From NCBI GenBank assembly GCA_039189765.1, contig JBCCYL010000008.1, positions 32,001-96,000 on the forward strand: a stretch of DNA of 64,000 nucleotides. Reading direction: 5' to 3'. The stretch comes from Cyanobacteria bacterium P01_F01_bin.150 (GTDB lineage: Bacteria; Cyanobacteriota; Cyanobacteriia; CAKZMO01). Under the pieces are notes generated by a model. It had not been told where the DNA came from. It worked only from the letters and a program-made list of their open reading frames with translations, and ran no database searches. The position numbers and the translations under genes are program-made. Below, one piece after another: positions 57,355-64,000 of the stretch. Position 1 is the stretch's first letter. Every line of letters starts with the position of its first letter.

Positions 57355-57763
57355 CAGTATTTATTCCTTGAGGGTTGTCGTCGTACAGTGTCCTTCTCCA
57401 ACATGTCCCATCCCAAGTCATGCATTTGACAATTGAGCACAATCATTAAGAGCTAGCGAGGATTTATGCCCATCTCAATCCATTTCTGATGCGGATTAAT
57501 TTGAAAATATTGTCCCCTAACTTTATGGCTTATGGAGAGAACCTTAGGGAGAACTTCAGACTGTTACTCTATCACCCATGACCACGCTAGCATTGAACCT
57601 TGACTACAACCGTGCCAAACCCGCATAAATAGCGTCAAAGTTCTACAAATCTCTATTATGGACGCTATACTTAGATATATAATATATCAAGAGTCATGTC
57701 ATCTACATCAAGCTCAAGGTTTTATTCTTCACCATTGAGAATTTCTACTTTATGTTGCAATTA

Positions 57764-57843
57764 GAGTGCCAACGCAAGGCGAAATATAAACAAACGGTAG
57801 TGGGAGCGCGACGTGCCTTCACTGACCGCCTAAAGTTGATCAA
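57764..57843 (-). mobile_element. 80-bp element with a perfect 12-bp flanking direct repeat
   Basis: ATGTTGCAATTA at 57752-57763 and 57844-57855; element ends CCGCCTAAAGTTGAT. Confidence 0.85.
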
Positions 57844-57937
57844 ATGTTGCAATTAACGGTGATTCTTAGACGAATAACATGGAACAAAGCTATAACTCTG
57901 TCATGTTTTCAGCGCTTCTATATCTGATGAATTGCAT

Positions 57938-58513
57938 ATGGTTTCCCAACTCCCTCGCACAGACCATCGAACAGATCATCGAATATCTCCCTCTGCTAAA
58001 CAACGCTTTCCACATTTAGTCGAAGGGCTGATTCAAGTCTTCACTGGACCCCGCCGTCGTTTTTTCGCTAACGTAATGGCCCAAGCCTTACAGCAAGCGG
58101 GCCAGGGAACGTCTGTGCTGATCGTTCAATTCCTCAAAGGGGGGATTAATCAAGGCCCTGACAATCCAACTCAACTCGCTCAAAATCTTATCTGGCTACG
58201 CTGTAATGTGGCCCGATGCATTACCACTGCTGAGCTGGAGCCTGATGAAATATCAGCCCTTCAAGAGTTGTGGCACTATACGAAAATGCTTGTTAAGCAA
58301 GGAAAATATTCATTGGTTATCTTGGATGAACTCAGTGTAGCCATCGAACTCGGGTTAATTCCGTTGGATGAAGTCTTGCACTTGCTAAACGACAGACCCA
58401 GCCATGTTGATGTCACATTGTGTGGTCCCCATATGCCCACTGTAATTATGGATATGGCGGATCAAGTCACCGAGCTACGCCAAAGTCCCCGTTTAGCAGA
58501 GATGATATCTTAG
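57938..58513 (+). CDS. CobO/BtuR-like P-loop protein with a degenerate Walker A
   Basis: GLIQVFTG, VQFLKGG, LVILDEL, AD.VTE; the expected GKGKT is replaced by PRRRFF. Confidence 0.8.
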   Translation: MVSQLPRTDHRTDHRISPSAKQRFPHLVEGLIQVFTGPRRRFFANVMAQALQQAGQGTSVLIVQFLKGGINQGPDNPTQLAQNLIWLRCNVARCITTAELEPDEISALQELWHYTKMLVKQGKYSLVILDELSVAIELGLIPLDEVLHLLNDRPSHVDVTLCGPHMPTVIMDMADQVTELRQSPRLAEMIS

Positions 58514-58632
58514 CCCATCCCAATTGGGATTAAAGACTTAAGCCGAAAGCAATTAACGTGATACCGGGTTATAAAGTACACCAGTATCGTCTATTAAACG
58601 ATAAAGCCCAAAATTATTTAGGACACTGGTTT

Positions 58633-59241
58633 ATGATCAAGAACGATAAATGGATCGCCCACATGGCAGATCAAGGGATGATTGCACCGTTTGAACCCCA
58701 GCTTGTTCGTCAAGTTAAATCCTCTGATATAGATGCTTCAGCTCATTTACGGCCCGTAATTAGTTATGGACTATCGTCCTATGGCTACGATATTCGCTTG
58801 TCTCCATCTGAATTCCGGCTTTTTCAACATGTGCCTGGGACCGTGGTCGATCCAAAGCAGTTTAATGCAAACAATTTGCGCCCAGCTACCCTTCACGCAG
58901 ATGAGTCGGGTGATTTTTTTATATTGCCCGCCCATTCTTACGGATTGGGGGTCGCCATGGAAAAGCTAAGCGTGCCCGATTACATTACGGTCATCTGCAT
59001 TGGCAAATCTACCTATGCTCGTTGCGGAATTATTGCCAACCTGACCCCTGCGGAAGCTGAATGGCGGGGACATTTGACCTTAGAGTTCTCCAACTCCTCT
59101 AGTGCAGACTGCCGCATTTATGCCAATGAGGGAATCGTACAGTTATTGTTTTTGGAGGGAGAGCCTTGCGAAGTCAGCTACAACACTCGCCAAGGCAAGT
59201 ATCAAGATCAGCCTGAGGCAGTCACGTTAGCCAGAGTGTAG
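58633..59241 (+). CDS. dcd: dCTP deaminase
   Basis: ISYGLSSYGYDIRL, GKSTYARCG, W.GHLTLE, YANEG..Q, GKYQ.Q. Confidence 0.95.
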   Translation: MIKNDKWIAHMADQGMIAPFEPQLVRQVKSSDIDASAHLRPVISYGLSSYGYDIRLSPSEFRLFQHVPGTVVDPKQFNANNLRPATLHADESGDFFILPAHSYGLGVAMEKLSVPDYITVICIGKSTYARCGIIANLTPAEAEWRGHLTLEFSNSSSADCRIYANEGIVQLLFLEGEPCEVSYNTRQGKYQDQPEAVTLARV

Positions 59242-59412
59242 GTGCGTATCTCTCCGTGTTACGCCCGCCTGTTGGCGCTCGAATCTTTAGCGTAATTCTA
59301 GAAATCACGCAGATTTTGCACGTTATGCTGCTTTGCATATGAGCATTAGAGTCACGCAGCGTAATTGTGAAGATTGCGATGTCAATAGAAAAAATATAGA
59401 GGATGTGGGATT

Positions 59413-60135
59413 GTGGATCGATTTCGGATTGATGTGATTGCGGCAACGGAAAATCCGCAGCAAGTCATTTGGGCTGCTATGCACCAAGATTATTCTGAGG
59501 AATTTGTGGTGAATGAGCGCGATCGCTGGCCCGATGAGACCCAGGCTGGAGAGCTGGTCGTTAAGCATCTCCTAGCGGGCAATCGAGGGCATTATGGTCC
59601 TCTCGAACATCCTCAAATCACCTTTAACGTGGGCTATTTTCCCCATTCGATGATGCAGCAAGTTCGTACTCATCGGGTCGGAATTTCTTTTGACTGTCAG
59701 TCATTTAGGTACACAGGAACTAGAATCGTTGATGTCGTCAAGGGCGATCGCGACGTGGAGGACGTCTTTTACCTCCGCCCCGTCGGGAAGTATTACAACC
59801 GCAAGGGTAAGCACTATGAATACACGACAGACCAGCGCGAATCAGATTTGCAGTGGTGTCGTGAAGCCTGTCAACGATACCATCAGCGGGTGCAAGAAGG
59901 AGTAGTGGAAGAACATGCCCGGGGCTTAATTCCCTTTGATGCCCGCCAGCACTTTGTCGTGAGTTGTAATACGCGATCGCTGATGCATCTGCTAGACCTG
60001 CGCTGGAAAAAAGATGCTCAGCTAGAAGCTCAAAAATTTTGTGAATTGCTGTTTGATCATTTTGAACAGTGGAGTCCAGCGATCGCCCAGTGGTACCAGG
60101 AAAATCGGGCTAAAAAAGCCCGTTTATCGCCCTAA
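59413..60135 (+). CDS. thyX: FAD-dependent thymidylate synthase
   Basis: GHYGPLEH, QVRTHRVGISFDCQSFRY, EHARGLIP, N.RSLMH.LDLR. Confidence 0.95.
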   Translation: MDRFRIDVIAATENPQQVIWAAMHQDYSEEFVVNERDRWPDETQAGELVVKHLLAGNRGHYGPLEHPQITFNVGYFPHSMMQQVRTHRVGISFDCQSFRYTGTRIVDVVKGDRDVEDVFYLRPVGKYYNRKGKHYEYTTDQRESDLQWCREACQRYHQRVQEGVVEEHARGLIPFDARQHFVVSCNTRSLMHLLDLRWKKDAQLEAQKFCELLFDHFEQWSPAIAQWYQENRAKKARLSP

Positions 60136-60150
60136 GCAAATTTTATGAAA

Positions 60151-60189
60151 GGCAGAAGGCAGAAGGCAGAAGGGTGAAAGGCAGAAGGC
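60151..60189. repeat. (GGCAGAA)n heptamer array
   Basis: Four to five copies between convergent thyX and GT2-TPR genes; reverse complement of the TTCTGCC arrays. Confidence 0.85.
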
Positions 60190-60218
60190 GCGTTTTTGAT
60201 TAAATTACCAACCAGCAA

Positions 60219-61469
60219 TTAGAGGTTGAAGCCCATGCTTTTGAGTGCCTGGCTTAAGCGATGGGCTTCCTGGGGGTTGTTGTTTTGATGGAGGGCGATC
60301 GCCTGCTTAAATGCAGCCAGTGCTTGGGACAATTGGCCTAGCTTGAGAGAAGCAACACCTAAATTTTGGTGGGCTTCAGCATAGTCTGGAGCAAGCTGAA
60401 TCGCCTTTTGATAATGGGCAATCGCCTCGACAAACTGGCCTATTGCTTTATAGGTCATGCCTAAATTGTAGTGAGCGATGACGAATTCTGGATCGATGGC
60501 GATAGCCTGTTTGTAAATTTGCCGAGCAGAGGATAAATCACCTGTGAGTTGTTTAAGGGAACCAAGATTGATGTAAGCACCTAATTTCAGGGATTCCAGC
60601 AGAGGTTGCTCTAGGGCTTGTTCGTAATGATATTGAGCGTTGTCTAATTGCTGTTGTCTACGATAGGCAATTCCCAAATGGTAATGCAGCTCATAGGCAA
60701 TAGCGACATTATCACTGCGTTTATCGTGAGAGCGATTATTCCTCTCCACCTTATCTTGCTGTTGATTTGCGTTGATTGCCATCAAACCCTGCATCAACAA
60801 CCGCTGCCCCTTGGCCACTTCCCCCATTTGCACATATAGCGCTCCTAACTTACTACATACATAGGCATCTTTGGAATGTTTGGCTAAGAATTTTTCCATC
60901 GCAACCCTGGCCCGCTTTTGTTTATTGTGGTGGGCGATCGCCGCTGATTGATAGCCTTGGTGGTAGATCATCACCGTAGGAATTTCAGCGATTTGCCAAT
61001 GGGGTTCATCACAGAGTAAATCAGCAACACTATCGTCAATCATGGCGTGGTAAGGACGACTGAAGCGTACTTTAGGATGCTTACGAAATAACCGTGATAC
61101 AGACGAATAAGGCGACTGTGCTGCGCCGACCTCCTGCCGAAGCAAATTCACGACCAAGCAATCCTCAGCTTGAATGGCCTGTTGAATCATTGCTTTTGCT
61201 CCGGGCACAAGCTGCTCATCAGCATCCAGTACCAAAATCCAATCCCCACTGGCATGCTCCAAAGAGACATTACGAGCAGCCGCAAAATCATCGATCCAGT
61301 CAAAATGATAAACTTGAGCATTAAACTGATGGGCGATCGCTACTGTTCCATCCGTCGAGCCAGTATCCAGGACAATAACTTCATCTACAATGTCTACAAC
61401 GCTCTCTAGACAGCTAGGAAGTTGAGTTTCTTCGTCTTTGGCAATTAGACACAAACTAAGGGTGGGCAT
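60219..61469 (-). CDS. Glycosyltransferase family 2 with C-terminal TPR repeats
   Basis: LSLCLIAKDEE, DTGSTDGT, DFAAARN, LVLDADE; several TPR units; ATG 61469. Confidence 0.9.
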   Translation of the reverse strand: MPTLSLCLIAKDEETQLPSCLESVVDIVDEVIVLDTGSTDGTVAIAHQFNAQVYHFDWIDDFAAARNVSLEHASGDWILVLDADEQLVPGAKAMIQQAIQAEDCLVVNLLRQEVGAAQSPYSSVSRLFRKHPKVRFSRPYHAMIDDSVADLLCDEPHWQIAEIPTVMIYHQGYQSAAIAHHNKQKRARVAMEKFLAKHSKDAYVCSKLGALYVQMGEVAKGQRLLMQGLMAINANQQQDKVERNNRSHDKRSDNVAIAYELHYHLGIAYRRQQQLDNAQYHYEQALEQPLLESLKLGAYINLGSLKQLTGDLSSARQIYKQAIAIDPEFVIAHYNLGMTYKAIGQFVEAIAHYQKAIQLAPDYAEAHQNLGVASLKLGQLSQALAAFKQAIALHQNNNPQEAHRLSQALKSMGFNL

Positions 61470-61593
61470 AGGGTTAAATCTAGATGATCCCGACAACGGA
61501 GAGGTACACATTTGGATAGTATTAAGGTAAGCCCATGAATGAATTTTTGCTACCACAATAGGAACATCAGGTCCACGGCAACGGAAATCCACA

Positions 61594-64000
61594 GTGCAAC
61601 ATTTATATTGGCTTAATCAGCTTCAAACCCAACATCGCTCGCTTGTGGGTGAAACTGCTTATACCTTAGGAGTTGCCTCCCAAGCACAGTATCCTGTACT
61701 ACCGGGAATAGTGGTTAGTTCCTCTTCGTTTTGGCAGTTTCTAGAATCTATCAACTGGAGCGATCCGCTACTCGCAGATTTTCCCCATTCTCCGCTCCAT
61801 TTGGATATGGAAAATCCATCTCAACTGCAAGCGATCGCCCAGCGAATTCAATACCTCATTCATGCCCACTCTCTTCCGGAGCAACAGCAAGATACTATTT
61901 ATAAAGCCGTTCAGTCCCTGCACTCTCCTCTAATTCAGCTCCAACCATCCTTAAGTCTGGCCTCCACCCAGCAGACCCGTTCTAGAAAGTCAGCAGACAA
62001 ATCGAAGGACACGATCGCCCCCCTGCTGAATTCGGCCCTGCCGTTACTCGATACCCATATTTGTTATGCAAAACGTAGCGCACTCATAAACGCTATCCGG
62101 CAAATTTGGAGCAGCTTTTTTCGAGCTAGTCATCTGTTCTACTGGCAACAACTTGGTGTTCCCTTTCAGCAATTGCAATTAGCGATCTTAATTTGTCCTA
62201 CCACTTCTGCTTTGGCCTCAGGAACACTCAGCGTCAGTCATCAAAAAACAATTATTAAGGCCGTTTGGGGAATGGGATCTGGAGTAAAAACTGGTGATAT
62301 CCAGCCAGATATTTATTACCATCAAAGACATGATTATCTAGAAAATCATAACCCACCAACCCCTGATCCTCAGCCTGATATTGAATCCCCCAAAATAAGA
62401 ATCAAACGCTACGCCCATCTCCTTGCTGCGGAGAAACCCTCAGACGCTAAAGCTGAAGCTACAAGTATTGAAAGCGTTTATCATCTGCTATCCCACCAAC
62501 GAGCACACCAACCTGTTTTATCAGACCCATTAATCCAATACCTGACTCATCTGACTCAAGGCTTGACCCATGAAAGTGCCATGGCCAACCCAAAAGATTG
62601 GGTCATAGATTGGGTCATTTATCCTAGCTGGTCTGTGCCGTCAAAGGAGCATCAAGAGCCTTCACCTGACAATCAGCCATTTAATGGATGGCAGCATTCA
62701 GAGTCAATTTTTACGCGAATAGACGATTCAGCCTTAGACCTGACATCCCTGGTGCTTGAACAGAAACAGTATGCCGTCTACATCACTCAAATCTTGGCGA
62801 ATCCCCGTGAGATGATGCCTTCTGTAGCCACAAAAAATAGCTTAGCCCCCAATCCATCACGCTCACAGACGTCTTTCAAAGTTGCCTCTGCCGTTGATAT
62901 TGCTCTGGAGCACCAGCGCTCTAGGGCTAGGCACTGGCCTGTAGAAGAAGGCCAAAACACCACAGCTATTAACAGTTTCTCCACAGACAATTTGACTAGC
63001 ACTGAAAAGCTAAATTCTTATTCTGACTTAGCGGGCATTGGCACATCCTCGGGACAAGTCACTGCCCCATTGTGGGTCATGCCAGACACAAAGTCAGCCG
63101 ACCAAGACATTCCCGATAATCATATTTTGTTGACGAATTCAATTTCTCCCGTATGGTTAAATGCAATGCGGGGCGCTAAAGGAGTAATCAGCACTAAAGG
63201 CGGAATGACTTGCCATGCTGCAATTTTAGCCCGGGAATTGGGCATTCCATCCGTGATGGGCGTCACCGATGCCATGACTCGTTTTCAAACCGGGGACTGG
63301 ATTTATTTAGATGGAGATCGCGGTATTGTGACCCTATTGGCTCCAGCCAATAGCCCTGATGCTCTGGATTATCCTCCTGAAAACAGCACGAGCCATCAGG
63401 ACAACGACAGTAGTGAACGTAGTGTTGAGGCTGCTCAGCTCTCACCACTGTATCAACCTGAGCAGCATGGCCTACGCAAAATCGGTACCGCAACTCAACT
63501 AATGCTGAGTCTCAGTCAAATTCATCAGGTAGATGTTTTAGCTCAGCGTCCCGTAGATGGCATCGGTCTGATTCGATCCGAAATTATGTTGGCATCTCTC
63601 TTGCATCATCAGTCGCTTCAATCTTGGTTAACGCAAGATAACCGTTCACTGTTAGTTCAGACAATTTGCTATCACATTAAACAATTCGCTCAAGCCTTCT
63701 CTCCTCGCCCTGTATGGTATCGAACGTTAGATATGCGCAGCCATGAGCAGGGGCATCCTCCAGGACATGCCACAGTCATTAACAATCTGCTAGGCGTTCA
63801 TGGCACCATGAGCTATCAGCAAAATCCAGGATTTTTTATCGCAGAATTAGAAGCATTGCGCCAACTACAGCAAGAAGGCATCAAGAACATCAATATTATT
63901 TTGCCGTTTGTACGTACGGTGGAAGAATTTCAATTTTGCTACCAAACGATTCGAGAGATGGACGTAGATACGTCAGCCTGCGACGTTTGGATTATGGCAG
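61594..64000 (+). CDS. PEP-utilising enzyme / PEP synthase-like protein (3' end beyond window; absent from ORF track)
   Basis: GTG 61594 opens VQHLYWLNQ..; the same frame gives GGMTCHAAILARELGIP (phospho-His domain, ~63200), DGIGLIRSE (~63560), RTLD and LPFVRTVEE. Confidence 0.85.
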   Translation, partial: MQHLYWLNQLQTQHRSLVGETAYTLGVASQAQYPVLPGIVVSSSSFWQFLESINWSDPLLADFPHSPLHLDMENPSQLQAIAQRIQYLIHAHSLPEQQQDTIYKAVQSLHSPLIQLQPSLSLASTQQTRSRKSADKSKDTIAPLLNSALPLLDTHICYAKRSALINAIRQIWSSFFRASHLFYWQQLGVPFQQLQLAILICPTTSALASGTLSVSHQKTIIKAVWGMGSGVKTGDIQPDIYYHQRHDYLENHNPPTPDPQPDIESPKIRIKRYAHLLAAEKPSDAKAEATSIESVYHLLSHQRAHQPVLSDPLIQYLTHLTQGLTHESAMANPKDWVIDWVIYPSWSVPSKEHQEPSPDNQPFNGWQHSESIFTRIDDSALDLTSLVLEQKQYAVYITQILANPREMMPSVATKNSLAPNPSRSQTSFKVASAVDIALEHQRSRARHWPVEEGQNTTAINSFSTDNLTSTEKLNSYSDLAGIGTSSGQVTAPLWVMPDTKSADQDIPDNHILLTNSISPVWLNAMRGAKGVISTKGGMTCHAAILARELGIPSVMGVTDAMTRFQTGDWIYLDGDRGIVTLLAPANSPDALDYPPENSTSHQDNDSSERSVEAAQLSPLYQPEQHGLRKIGTATQLMLSLSQIHQVDVLAQRPVDGIGLIRSEIMLASLLHHQSLQSWLTQDNRSLLVQTICYHIKQFAQAFSPRPVWYRTLDMRSHEQGHPPGHATVINNLLGVHGTMSYQQNPGFFIAELEALRQLQQEGIKNINIILPFVRTVEEFQFCYQTIREMDVDTSACDVWIMA

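Noticed and set aside
57911..57931. NrdR box upstream of cobO-like-dcd-thyX
   Set aside because: Only a partial match to the consensus and no second tandem box.

Overview
Cyanobacterial chromosomal window: the HIP1 octamer GCGATCGC recurs throughout and several gene families are cyanobacterial. Genes in order: pgl, an hpsJ-like gene with a GT2, mreBCD, a 2232-aa Ser/Thr kinase-ATPase-GAF-His kinase-receiver hybrid, rodA, mutS2, cfa, a ParA/partner pair that best fits the carboxysome-positioning McdAB system, a secreted alpha-amylase, an RTX surface-protein cluster including one pseudogene, cyAbrB/Rrf2/ArsR regulators, DUF790, nusB, ssb, patatin, amylosucrase, a SLOG protein, a Co/Ni ECF transporter operon, a cobO-like gene, dcd, thyX, a GT2-TPR, and a PEP-utilising enzyme that runs off the right end and is missing from the ORF track. 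No rRNA, tRNA, CRISPR array or transposase was seen. Main unexplained structure: (1) about 15 intergenic copies of an ~80-bp element with imperfect terminal inverted repeats, 7-12 bp flanking direct repeats, one nested insertion and an internal hairpin whose sequence varies while pairing is kept; (2) an McdB-like protein with a very long histone-H1-like Lys/Ala/Ser/Thr region; (3) 7- and 8-mer microsatellite blocks inserted in frame into mutS2 and a membrane-protein gene; (4) a candidate ~130-nt sRNA upstream of mutS2. All family assignments come from motif recognition by eye, not database searches.
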